Positions 50,171-59,599 are shown, counted from the first letter of the stretch. The stretch is DNA of 64,000 nucleotides from an uncultured Fibrobacterota bacterium (GCA_963729895.1 CAVSQB010000005.1:32001-96000); one strand, 5' to 3'. The notes: generated by a model from the letters alone, not told the origin. Program-made: numbers and translations.

Positions 50171-51071
50171 GGTAATTATAAAGGATCTTGCACCAAATTA
50201 GTGATCATTTTGACAAGTTTTTCAAAGAAATTTTCATGACGATGATTGTACCGAAAAGCCATTTCGTTCAGATACCCTGGAAAGTATTCTTTGGAGACTC
50301 CATGGAACTTTGCAAGACGTTCCTTAGCATAGCTCCAGAAGCCTTCCAAACCGTTAATATAAACTTTGCCTGTGGCAAATCTTTTCCCATGGTCGACTCT
50401 CAAATGCCGATAACCGCAGAACATCAGGGCGTCATAGCCGCGGAATTTGTCAGTGTAAATGATGGAGCCTCGTCTGACCATTTTCACAGTCTCAGTCAAC
50501 AGGCTTTCGGCAGTGACGTTTTTTACTACTGTCACCTTCACTTTTCCGTGTCTCTCCAGGATACCAAAGACGGGAACCTTTCCGGCAGCACCCCGGCCAC
50601 GTTTACCTTTACGCCTGCCGCCGAAGTAGGATTCATCGAGCTCAACCTCTCCAGAGAGCCAGAAATCGCTTTCAGCGACCATCAAGGCCCTTCGGATGAG
50701 ATTACACATCCGCAAGACCGTGGGATAGCTCAAACCGATCTGAGTTGCTATCCTGCGTGCTGAGACTTCCAGTTCAAAGAGCTTAATGATCCACAGCAGC
50801 TTTTTCAGAGGGACGCGGCACTGACCAATCCACCGATTCGAGAAGTCATGAAAGGTATTTCCGCATCGTTTGCACCTGAACTTTTTACCTTTTAAACGAT
50901 AGATTTTATGGCTGTTACAATTGATGCAGAAAACATGGCCATTTTTCCAACAGAACTTTCTGAGGAACAATTTTGCCCTGTTTTCAGTTTTCCCTATGAA
51001 TTCAAAGGTTTCTAATTGACTAAAGCCCATATGCACAAGATAATTCCTGTGCAAGATGTTTTATAATCACC
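50171..51071 (-). mobile_element. IS1595-family insertion sequence, complete
   Basis: TIRs GGTAATTATAAAGGATCTTGCAC and GGTGATTATAAAACATCTTGCAC. 8-bp target duplication TAAGATTT at 50163-50170 and 51072-51079. Confidence 0.92.
50176..51054 (-). CDS. IS1595-family transposase
   Basis: Zn ribbon, HTH, VELDESYFGG, GRGAAGK.PVFG, YTD and INGLEGFWS. Confidence 0.93.
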   Translation of the reverse strand: MHRNYLVHMGFSQLETFEFIGKTENRAKLFLRKFCWKNGHVFCINCNSHKIYRLKGKKFRCKRCGNTFHDFSNRWIGQCRVPLKKLLWIIKLFELEVSARRIATQIGLSYPTVLRMCNLIRRALMVAESDFWLSGEVELDESYFGGRRKGKRGRGAAGKVPVFGILERHGKVKVTVVKNVTAESLLTETVKMVRRGSIIYTDKFRGYDALMFCGYRHLRVDHGKRFATGKVYINGLEGFWSYAKERLAKFHGVSKEYFPGYLNEMAFRYNHRHENFFEKLVKMITNLVQDPL

Positions 51072-51161
51072 TAAGATTTAATACTAATGATTGCCTTCCA
51101 TTTCTCCGTGCTCTCCATGCCTCCGTGGTGAACAAATCTTCAGTTTCATGGTAACCCTCCA

Positions 51162-52487
51162 ATGCCATCCGTAGGCATCATCGGCGCCGGACTTGCGGGC
51201 AGCGAGGCAGCGCTCGTACTAGCGCGCCACCAGGTGAATGTCACGCTGTACGAAATGAGACCGGAACGGAGTACACCGGCGCACACAACCGGACTTCCCG
51301 CCGAACTCGTCTGCTCCAATTCCCTTAAATCGATGGAACTCCCCGGCGCGCAGGCCCTGCTCAAAGCGGAACTCGAATTGCTTTCCAGCCCGCTGCTTGC
51401 ATGCGCGAAAAGAACTTCGGTTCCCGCAGGCAAAGCCCTTGCAGTTGACAGAAAGGCGTTTTCAGAAGCGGTCCTTGCGGAGTTGCGGAGACATCCCGCC
51501 CTTGCCCTGAAAACAGAGGAGGTCTCACGGCCGCCCCGAAACCACGATTTCGTCATTATCGCCGCCGGGCCTTTGTCATCCGACGCAATTGTTGGGTGGC
51601 TGAAGACCGCCTTCTCGGCCGAAGCTCTCTATTTTTATGACGCAATTGCGCCGATCGTCTCCGCGGACTCCATCAACCTCAGCAAAGCCTTTTCCGGCTC
51701 GCGCTGGCGGCCCGAGGAGAAAGACTACATCAATTGTCCGTTTACGGAGGAGGAATACGTCGTTTTTCGCAAGGCCCTGCTATCCGGTGAAACGGCGCAA
51801 CGGCATTCGTTTGAGAGGGAACAGTTTTTCGAAGCCTGCCTGCCTCTCGATATCATCGCCTCGCGCGGATACGAATCCATGGCATACGGCCCGTTAAAAC
51901 CCATCGGCTTCACGGATCCGCAGACGGGGAAACGTCCGTTTGCCCTATGTCAACTACGTCGCGAAGATGCGGAGGGAACCAGCTACAGCCTTGTGGCCTG
52001 CCAGACGCGTCTGACCCAGGCGGAGCAAACAAGGATCTTCAGGAAGATTCCGGGTCTCGAACAAGCGGAATTTCTCCGGTTTGGTTCCTGTCACCGGAAC
52101 ACCTTTATGAATTCGCCGGAACTCCTGTCGAAGGACCTTTCGTTCAGGAAGATGACGTCCGTGCTTCTTGCGGGACAGTTATGCGGAAACGAGGGATACG
52201 TGGAAAGCATCGCAACGGGCCATCTGGCGGCGTTGTTTATTTTGGCGAAACTTTCCGGTAAGGAACTGCAGTGCCCGCCGGACACATCGGCGCTCGGCTC
52301 TTTGCTTGGGTATGTGACAACCTCTCAACATCGCCCGTTTTCGCCAACCAGCTTTCATTTCGGTCTGCTTCCGCCGCTCCCGGCGCTTTTCCGAAGGGTA
52401 CCTAAAAAGGAGAAGCAGACCCTTCTATGCAACCGGGCGCTTGAAGATATACTGAAATGGATCGGGGATATGGGGCACGAGACGTAG
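51162..52487 (+). CDS. trmFO: folate/FAD-dependent tRNA m5U54 methyltransferase TrmFO
   Basis: IIGAGLAGSEAA, AELVCSNS, LAVDR, FYDAIAPIV, FFEACLP, AGQL.G.EGY.ES; follows topA as in other bacteria. Confidence 0.95.
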   Translation: MPSVGIIGAGLAGSEAALVLARHQVNVTLYEMRPERSTPAHTTGLPAELVCSNSLKSMELPGAQALLKAELELLSSPLLACAKRTSVPAGKALAVDRKAFSEAVLAELRRHPALALKTEEVSRPPRNHDFVIIAAGPLSSDAIVGWLKTAFSAEALYFYDAIAPIVSADSINLSKAFSGSRWRPEEKDYINCPFTEEEYVVFRKALLSGETAQRHSFEREQFFEACLPLDIIASRGYESMAYGPLKPIGFTDPQTGKRPFALCQLRREDAEGTSYSLVACQTRLTQAEQTRIFRKIPGLEQAEFLRFGSCHRNTFMNSPELLSKDLSFRKMTSVLLAGQLCGNEGYVESIATGHLAALFILAKLSGKELQCPPDTSALGSLLGYVTTSQHRPFSPTSFHFGLLPPLPALFRRVPKKEKQTLLCNRALEDILKWIGDMGHET

Positions 52488-52505
52488 ATACAATTCAAGT
52501 GCTGT

Positions 52506-52620
52506 TGGATAGCTGTGCCGGGTGACCCCCAAGTGGAATTAGCGGCGAGAATCCAATCTTATGTTGTGGGGCACCCACGAAGTGCAGTCGACAAGGCCAA
52601 TGAAGCAATCCGATGTTGAC
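52506..52620 (+). ncRNA. orphan structured non-coding element, copy B (IS110-end/bridge-RNA-like, tentative)
   Basis: Homologous to 45528-45640, with different internal variable segments. Confidence 0.45.
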
Positions 52621-52726
52621 GAGTTGAGAAGTTGAAGAGTTGAATCGATGGCTGGGGCTGTGTGCAGTGGGCATTTATTAACGGGTGCTGCTGCGGTGCG
52701 CGCTTGTGTTAATCTATTCCATATTT

Positions 52727-52761
52727 TCTCCCTCTCCCCGTGGGAGAGGGCGGGGTGAGGT
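52727..52761. repeat. REP-like palindrome
   Basis: CTCCCTCTCCCCGTGGGAGAGGGCGGGGTGAGG. Confidence 0.55.
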
Positions 52762-52921
52762 TACTCGGGCTTGCAGCGGGTACCTCCGCGCCGCACACGC
52801 TCAGCAATCCATAATGCTATCCAGATAGTTGACACACCCCACCCGAAATGCGATTTTATCAAGAGCGCCTTTTGTGCCCGTGTAACGAATACTTTCCCTC
52901 ATCCCGAAAGGAACCCCGCCC

Positions 52922-53578
52922 ATGACTACCAAACAACCCAGCGCAAGTAACGCGCTTGGCGACAAAACCCAAAGCCTTCAGACATTCAATCTGCTGGATC
53001 TGCAACAATACACTTCGGAAAAAGCGTATTCCTCCACGGCGAGCAAGGATTTTCATTTGTTCTATGGCGGCCGCGACGACGTGCACGATATCCTCATGCA
53101 TGTTCTTTCGCGCGTGAGCTTCTCCCTGTATCTCAACATGTTCGGGTTCGACGACGACGAACTCAACGACATCCTCATGACAAAAGCCCTGGACCCGGGC
53201 ATTACCATGCTTATCACACTGGACCGGAGCCAGGCCGGCGGCGTGCACGAGAAGACCTTGCTGGCTTCCGATATTGCCAAGAATCCCACCGCCTACAACA
53301 CGCATTTCGTTACCGGTACGTCTTCCACCGGCCAGATAAGCCATACCAAGGGTTTTGTGGCCGACGGCAAGGTGGGCGCAGAAGGTTCGACAAACTGGTC
53401 CACATCGGGCGAGGGAACATTTATTGTCAAAGGAAAACCGGGCGGACCGGGGTACAAGGCGCAGAATAACACGCAGACCATTTTTACCGATCAGGATTCG
53501 ATAAGCAGGTTTCAGGCGGAGTTGATCGCGGAGCACATGGCGGCGCAGGCGCAGAAAAGTGCGGCGGCAGCGAAGTGA
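52922..53578 (+). CDS. single-domain phospholipase D superfamily protein (Nuc-like)
   Basis: HTKGFVAD (HxK-x4-D) followed by GSTNWS and QNN. Confidence 0.82.
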   Translation: MTTKQPSASNALGDKTQSLQTFNLLDLQQYTSEKAYSSTASKDFHLFYGGRDDVHDILMHVLSRVSFSLYLNMFGFDDDELNDILMTKALDPGITMLITLDRSQAGGVHEKTLLASDIAKNPTAYNTHFVTGTSSTGQISHTKGFVADGKVGAEGSTNWSTSGEGTFIVKGKPGGPGYKAQNNTQTIFTDQDSISRFQAELIAEHMAAQAQKSAAAAK

Positions 53579-53628
53579 ATCTGGGAGTGAAAACGCGAGC
53601 GCGTTGGCAGTGGGCATGCGCTGCAGCG

Positions 53629-53745
53629 GGGTCGGGAGCTTCACTCCCGAACCCAGCCCTGCTTTTCTTCTTCAGCGAAGAAAAGTAGGCAAAAGACGCC
53701 GCCCCGCAGTGGCGCTTCATTGCCGCGGCCTCCGGGCGGCTGCGG
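53629..53745 (-). repeat. partial copy of ~220-290-bp structured dispersed repeat
   Basis: Reverse complement matches 63703-63884 (TTTGCCTACTTT...GGGTTCGGGAGTGAAGCTCC). Confidence 0.7.
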
Positions 53746-54026
53746 AACAATGGAAGTGATATTGTAAAGCCTCTCCCTCCGGGAAAGGCAGGACTCGTCC
53801 TCACCGCAATTCCTCCGGCCGCGGCCGCGCACTGATGGGGAAAATGCAAAATCACTATATAATCTACGGTGGCATAAGGGATAACGCTTTCTACAAATGG
53901 GCAACATTCCTCTGCCCAGCGCCAGGGCGCACATGTTTTGTGACTTTATGCCCCGGAAAATGACCCTGCCCTTCGTCTTGACGAAGGACAGGGGAACCCA
54001 AATCATATCTTTATTGATATGATTTG

Positions 54027-54857
54027 TTACGCCGCCTTGGCCTGGACCTCGGGCTGCTGCTCCGGCGGAACAACGCTTGGCGAAGAGGAACTCACCGCCG
54101 GCTTGGCCGCCGCTGCGGGAGCGGGGGACGGCGTTGCGTTTGCGTCCTTGCTCCGCGTTTTGCGGCCATGCGCCTTCGACATGATATCCGCGATCGCCTC
54201 GTTGAGTTGAGGGACCGCACTTTGGAACGCGGGGTCCTTCTGGGCCTGCGCATCCACATACTGAATGAGTTTGACGATGTGGTAGCAGACCTCGTTTGTC
54301 TGGGTCTTTGCCACGGCAACCGGCTGCTGCGCATAGGCCTTCACCTTTGACCGGTACTCAGCCTCAAAATCATTCTGCGCATTTGTGAACTCGGTCACCA
54401 TGTCGGCAATGCCCAGTTGGGTGATGTACGCCTGGGCGTCCGGCTGGTTGAAGTTCGCCAGTATGGAGGTGAACGCGCCGGTCTTTCTCGTGTAACTGAG
54501 GTTGTCCGCACGCTTCCCCTGCCGGTCTATGACATCGAGGAGATAGTCCGCGGCGCGCTTGTTATCGGCCTTGGACGCAACGCCCGATATGCCCTGCAAA
54601 AGGCTCACAATGCCCCGAAACGCCGAGACACGCGCGTCGTCTTTTGCCGCCAGGTCGGCGGTATAGAGACCTGCCCGTTTTGCCTGGATCGCCGCCTTCA
54701 GAGATACCAGGCCGGCGTTCATGGCCGCCAGCTCCGACGTTACGAATGCGTCGTTCTGGATTGCGCCGGATATGAGTTCATCCAACCGTTCCGCGGTGGC
54801 GACGACTTCGGTTGGCAGCAGCAGCGAGGGCGCCAGGTTTCTTATGGACTTGTTCAT
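54027..54857 (-). CDS. DUF6261-like helical protein
   Basis: Pattern T.DL...D..R..AF, A..L.......G......SY, I..LG, L...N..FE..Y, LNE.I; RBS CAGGAG; Pro/Ala/Ser tail. Confidence 0.7.
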   Translation of the reverse strand: MNKSIRNLAPSLLLPTEVVATAERLDELISGAIQNDAFVTSELAAMNAGLVSLKAAIQAKRAGLYTADLAAKDDARVSAFRGIVSLLQGISGVASKADNKRAADYLLDVIDRQGKRADNLSYTRKTGAFTSILANFNQPDAQAYITQLGIADMVTEFTNAQNDFEAEYRSKVKAYAQQPVAVAKTQTNEVCYHIVKLIQYVDAQAQKDPAFQSAVPQLNEAIADIMSKAHGRKTRSKDANATPSPAPAAAAKPAVSSSSPSVVPPEQQPEVQAKAA

Positions 54858-54998
54858 TGGTAGACTCCTGTTTGTTAAAGTACGATGTGCCTCCGGTGCG
54901 CACGCCGTGACAGCGGCGCCCGCGCCCGGAGAGGAAAAAAAATGCCGTAAACCTGCAAGCTTGCGTTCTGCGACACGTTTCGAACAGGCCGTCTGTTC

Positions 54999-55015
54999 CG
55001 CAATCTCCATGCCAA
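54999..55015 (-). promoter_or_regulatory. sigma-54 promoter upstream of the DUF6261-like gene
   Basis: Minus strand TTGGCATGGAGATTGCG matches TGGCAY-N5-TTGC; about 140 bp upstream of the ATG. Confidence 0.7.
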
Positions 55016-55231
55016 ATGTTAATCCGTGTATCGGCCTGGGCCGGATTCCTTGGAAAGCGCATGCCGCGCTAAAACGCCGTAAGTGATTAAAAAACCGTTT
55101 GTCTATCCTGTGCCGAAACGCAATATATGCGCATGTTTCCCGCCCGCCGCTCACCTGCTAAAAGAACCGATTTGCAGCGACTTCACAGTGCCCATGATAT
55201 TGACAACCGGATTTTTGGTTGCATAAATGCG

Positions 55232-55600
55232 TTCGCCGAAAGTGTACGAGTCGCATCTGAGCGAATTTTTCATTCGCCAAATTGCGGATGCCAAGAAAGG
55301 GCGCGTTTTGGGGCTCGCCAACTCGCGGAGTCGAAGAAATTTGTTCGCAGGTGCTTCGCGCGTCCGCGAAGTAGTCGGAAAGATCTCATCTTGAGGTTCG
55401 CGCCTCCGCGAAGTGTCGGAAAGACTTCATCCGGAGGTTCGCGAGTCGGCGGAGTCGAATAAATGCGCTTTCCGAAGCCTCGCGAGCTTGTGAAGTCGAG
55501 GAAAGATTGCGTCTGATGGCTTCGCGAGTTGGCGAGTGGAAAAATGGGTTTCTCGGGAGGATCGCCGGGCGGGAGAGGAGAAAGAAGCGAAATTTCGGCA
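55232..55600. repeat. degenerate tandem array of nine ~41-bp units, each opening with a TCGC...GCGA hairpin
   Basis: Unit starts at 55232, 55273, 55314, 55355, 55397, 55438, 55479, 55521 and 55561. Confidence 0.8.
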
Positions 55601-55616
55601 TACCGCGCGGTTCTTG

Positions 55617-55770
55617 CGTTCGTCTCGATACAGCCCACACCGGTCCTCTCGATACTTTCCTTACCGTTCGTCTCGATACGTCCCGCATTTCATGCGGCAC
55701 ACTCGACGTCCGGGCTACCGTCCCGCCGGTCATTGAGTAGATGCGAAGCATCGTATCGAAATGCCGGCCT
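55617..55770. repeat. REP-like cluster (CTCGATAC family)
   Basis: GTTCGTCTCGATAC twice, CTCTCGATAC once, and inverted GTATCGAAAT. Confidence 0.55.
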
Positions 55771-55821
55771 GCAGGCATCCAGCTCCGCCGGGTCCCTCGG
55801 ACTGCGGGCCGCGCCATAACT

Positions 55822-56043
55822 GAGTCGGGGCCTTCCGCCCCGAACCCCGACCAAGGAGCGTTCAGCAGCAAACGCCCCTTGGAACCCCGTGCCGCGCCTA
55901 CAGCGCCGCCGGTACCCATGTGGCCGGCAGGCCGCTCGCGAACGCGTCCGGCAGGACATTTTTCCAATCCTCAAAAGATGCCGGCCTTGAACGACGCGAG
56001 CGGACCAATCCGCCGGTCCCATGGAGCGGCGCTGATGGCGAAA
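55822..56043 (-). repeat. copy of ~220-290-bp structured dispersed repeat
   Basis: Reverse complement aligns with 63598-63884: TTTCGCCATCAGCG, CCGCTCG, CCGGCATCTTT, GAGCGGCC, GGCGCTG.AGGCGCGGC, GGGTTCGGG. Confidence 0.72.
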
Positions 56044-56380
56044 GAAAAAAACAAGACAATTCGCACGGAATTGGCGCAAGCCCATGTTGAAAGGTGGGCG
56101 GTGTTCCTCTGCCCGGCGCCAGGAAGGACCGAAGTGGTGAGCTGAAGCGAATTGCCGCCCGGACCCGCCGCTACCGCGGCATAGGGCCGTGGCGGCCGGA
56201 GGCCGAAGGCCGAGACCGGAGCGAGGGCCGCCGCTGTACTCGGCGGAGCGCCCAATTTTTTGTCGTGAATTAGCAATACATTCAAGAACGGAACATAAGG
56301 TTCCGTTCTTGAGAACCACTTTATAGTATAATGAACATGTCCGCTTCCGGTGCCAAACGCAACCGCCTCCAAGGAGAATT

Positions 56381-56752
56381 GTGAAACTCGAACTCGAAGT
56401 TGTCGTGGTCGACGACGAACAGTTCATCACAGACATCCTGACAAGCTTCATAAACCTTGAAGCGCCGCAGGTACGGGTGCACGCGTTCAACTGCCCGACC
56501 AAGGCGCGCGATTTCATCTCCGCCAACCCCGTGGACATCCTGATCACCGACTACAGAATGCCGGTTATTGACGGCATGCAACTCGCCGCAGCCGCGCCCG
56601 CCCACGTGAGGAAAGTGTTGCTCTCAGGGTTTATCCCGGAAATTGCGGAAAAGGAAATGAAGGCGCTCAACGTGACAGTACTGGGAAAGCCGGTGCCGCT
56701 GAAGGTGCTGGGGAAGATCATTGCGGAGGAGATGGGGAGAGGGGCGGGGTGA
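56381..56752 (+). CDS. single-domain response regulator receiver
   Basis: VVDDE, DILITDYRMP..DG, LSG, KP; AAGGAG RBS. Confidence 0.9.
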   Translation: MKLELEVVVVDDEQFITDILTSFINLEAPQVRVHAFNCPTKARDFISANPVDILITDYRMPVIDGMQLAAAAPAHVRKVLLSGFIPEIAEKEMKALNVTVLGKPVPLKVLGKIIAEEMGRGAG

Positions 56753-56927
56753 ATAAGGTCCTCAAAAACACAATTGGCATGATAAAATTTGGAGGGGTAA
56801 AAAGTTTATCATACATGCCGTTTTGGTGTGCATGATATACTTCGAAGTATTGTTTAGCGGTTTGAGATGGTCGACTTTTCTTGACAGGAATTTCTGATTG
56901 CTTAGTTGGCCTTGCCTGTCTTGCTCG

Positions 56928-57770
56928 TCAAGCTGCCTTTGATAGCACTACCTCACCAATATACACTTCCATTGGATAGTTGTAAAGGAGGGACGAGTGC
57001 TCCCTCCGGTTGTTGTACCGTTCAAAGAACTCCGCAAGGCCGGTGCGGCACTCGGCAACGGAGCTGTACCCCCGTATGTAGATGTCGTCGTACTTGACCG
57101 TTCGCCACAGCCTCTCGACAAACACGTTATCCAGCGCCCGCCCTCGTCCGTCCATGCTGATCCGGATACCGCGTTCAAGGAGCACCGAGGTGAACTCCTC
57201 GCTGGTGAACTGACATCCCTGATCCGAGTTGAAGATTTCCGGTTCTCCGTACTTCGCCAGTGCCTCCTTGAGAACTTCGATGCAGAAGCCGCTGTCCAGC
57301 GAGGTCGACAGACGCCATGCAAGGACGCACCGACTGTACCAGTCGATAACGGCGCAGAGGTAAGCGAAGCCGCCGTTGAGGCGGATGTAGGTGATATCGG
57401 TGCTCCACACCTGGTTGGGGTGGTTGACCACTACGCCACGAAGCAGATACGGGTACTTCTTGTGTGCCTTATTGGGCTTCGAGGTGTTCAGGGCCCGGTA
57501 GATCGCGTGGAGGCCCATACGGGCCATCAGCCTGCGAATCTTGCTGCGCCCAACCTCCAGCCCAAACTGACGCCTCATGGCCGCCCGGAGCCTTCTGGTG
57601 CCCCGCGTGGGGTCATCGGTGAATAGCTCATCGATACGATCCATGAGCAACTTGTTCATCGGACTAGTCTGCGGCGTATAGTAAATCGAGGTCCGACAAA
57701 TGGAAAGCAGCGAACACTGCCTCTTCAAAGTCAAGTCCTCGCTTGTAGAATCGGCCATCTTTGCTCTCAT
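56928..57770 (-). CDS. IS3-family transposase OrfB
   Basis: WSTDITY, VIDWYSR, FNSDQGCQF, GRALDNVFVERLWRTVKY. Confidence 0.93.
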   Translation of the reverse strand: MRAKMADSTSEDLTLKRQCSLLSICRTSIYYTPQTSPMNKLLMDRIDELFTDDPTRGTRRLRAAMRRQFGLEVGRSKIRRLMARMGLHAIYRALNTSKPNKAHKKYPYLLRGVVVNHPNQVWSTDITYIRLNGGFAYLCAVIDWYSRCVLAWRLSTSLDSGFCIEVLKEALAKYGEPEIFNSDQGCQFTSEEFTSVLLERGIRISMDGRGRALDNVFVERLWRTVKYDDIYIRGYSSVAECRTGLAEFFERYNNRREHSSLLYNYPMEVYIGEVVLSKAA

Positions 57771-58064
57771 AGCATGCCCAGCTTCCGCAAGTTTTTTTTT
57801 AGGAACTCGACATCCATGGTCAGCTCCCCGACCTTGCGTGCATACTCATCGCGATCACCGCGAACGCGCTCAAGCTCTTGCTCGGCGTTCTTGTCTCCCG
57901 AAAAAGCCATCTGCGCGTTGCCAAGAAACTGCCTGCGCCACTGAGCTATCTGGTTGGGATGGACTTCGTACCGACTTGCCAAAACGGACAGCGGTTCGGC
58001 CTCCTTCAAGGCTTCCAGAACCACCTTCGTCTTCAGAGCGTCGTCGATCTTGCGGCGGGTCCGC
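57767..58064 (-). pseudogene. IS3-family OrfA, 5'-truncated
   Basis: K.KVVLEALK...LASRYEVHPNQI.QW; start replaced by the IR of element B. Confidence 0.8.
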
Positions 58065-58067
58065 TGG

Positions 58068-58925
58068 CTATACCCCAATTACTTTCTCAGTCGAAATGGG
58101 AGTTTTCTCTTTGAATTGACCTCTGTATTCTTCAGGTGTTTTCCCCTTTAGTGATCCGTGTGGCCGTATCCGGTTGTAAATGTTCTTCCAATGTTCGATT
58201 ATTCTTTCTGCGTCCTCTAATGAGATGAACCAGTTTTCATTCAAGCATTGGTCCCTGAATATCGAATTGAATGATTCTACAAAAGCATTCTGGCTGGGCT
58301 TGCCGGGCTGAATGAATTCCTGCCTTACCTGGTTTCGTATTGCCCAGAGCATGAGTTCTTTGCTCCGGAATTCCGGGCCGTTATCAGTCAACAGAGCTTC
58401 CGGCTTTCCGTACCTGGCCACCAGGTGGTCTAGAACTTGGCAGACTCCTAGTGCTGGAATAGAACGTGCTACCTTGATTGCAAGAGCCTCACGGGTGCAG
58501 TCATCGACAACATTCAGGCATTTCAGCTTGCGCTTGTCGGAAGTACTGTCGAATATGAAATCCATTGACCAGCGACGGCTTGGCCGATCCGGCAGCGTCA
58601 ACGGCATCCGTTGGCTATTGCGTTTCTGACGCCTCCTCCGCTTGCTTTTCTGAAGCGATTCTTCCTTGTAGAGCCGATGCACACGTTTGTGATTTACTAT
58701 GTACCCAAGGTTGCGGAGATACCAATAAAGCGTCGGAAAGCCCCATGAACGGAACGATGAAATGGTTTCATGCATTTTTGTTTTCAACTCGCTGTTCAAA
58801 GCCGATTCCTGCGGTCGATAGCGGTACCCTGCCGGTGTCATACCCAGAAGTCCGCATGCTTTCCGTTGACTCAGGCCTTGCCGCATTAGTGCGTCCACAG
58901 TCAGCCTACGCTGAGGACGCTTCAC
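58068..58925 (-). CDS. IS3-family transposase OrfB
   Basis: WSMDF, VVDDCTRE, TDNGPEF, PGKPSQNAFVESFN, YN..RPH. Confidence 0.93.
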   Translation of the reverse strand: MKRPQRRLTVDALMRQGLSQRKACGLLGMTPAGYRYRPQESALNSELKTKMHETISSFRSWGFPTLYWYLRNLGYIVNHKRVHRLYKEESLQKSKRRRRQKRNSQRMPLTLPDRPSRRWSMDFIFDSTSDKRKLKCLNVVDDCTREALAIKVARSIPALGVCQVLDHLVARYGKPEALLTDNGPEFRSKELMLWAIRNQVRQEFIQPGKPSQNAFVESFNSIFRDQCLNENWFISLEDAERIIEHWKNIYNRIRPHGSLKGKTPEEYRGQFKEKTPISTEKVIGV

Positions 58926-59188
58926 TATTTTCTTTGCAGCACTTCCTTCATTGCATCGATCTGAAGTGCCTGGTCTGCAACAATCCGCTTGAGCCGGCTG
59001 TTTTCGCCCTCGATCTCCTTCATCCTTTTCAGATCAGAGAGCTCAAGTCCGCTGTATTTGCTCTTCCAACGGAAGTACGTGTTCTCTGAAATACCATATT
59101 GACGACAAAGATCAGCGACTTTGGCTCCGCGGTCGCCCTCTTGCAGGATCCGAAAAATCTGCTCTTCACTGTAGCGCTTGCCTTTCAT
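58925..59188 (-). CDS. IS3-family OrfA
   Basis: RYSEEQI, LCRQYGIS..T...WK.KY.G, LE.EN.RLK pattern. Confidence 0.93.
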   Translation of the reverse strand: MKGKRYSEEQIFRILQEGDRGAKVADLCRQYGISENTYFRWKSKYSGLELSDLKRMKEIEGENSRLKRIVADQALQIDAMKEVLQRK

Positions 59189-59599
59189 GAGTCCTCCTAG
59201 TTAGTTTAAAATAACTCGGAAAACTCCCTTCTCAAATGAGCAAGTTTTCGGGGGTATAGCCACAGCGTGAATAAATCCTAATACCAAACCTCGTCATCCG
59301 CACGCACGGGTGCCCTGTTTGACCAACAAGAAAAACCGTGTGCCACTGTCGTCACTTCGACACTTCGGCGAAGCTCAGTGCAGCGTTTCGCTCAGTGCAG
59401 GCCTCGACAGTGCCCTCGACCGTTGATTGTCACGAAAGACTTGTCAATGCATCATCATAAGGGCGATCACTTTCGCCTTTGCCGCTTTTCCGAAATCCCA
59501 CGCCATCCCTCTTCTCAAATCCTATTTTAAGATTGTTCGTTCAAGGTCGCACCTTTCCGAAGCCGCAATAGGAGACCTCTTCACAAATGCCCTGCGAAC

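Larger units (their letters stand above)
56833..58064 (-). mobile_element. IS3-family element A, left end lost
   Basis: orfA/orfB pair with an A9 run and ATGA overlap; orfA 5' end cut by element B. The right boundary TGATATAC (56833) is tentative. Confidence 0.8.
58065..59262 (-). mobile_element. IS3-family element B (IS407-like), both IRs intact, no target duplication
   Basis: About 42-bp imperfect IRs TGGCTATACCCC...GGGAGTTTT at both ends; flanks CCGC and CAGC differ. Confidence 0.9.

Noticed and set aside
55232..55600. CRISPR array
   Set aside because: Repeats are degenerate, the 41-bp period is too short, and no cas genes are present; reported instead as a distinct array.
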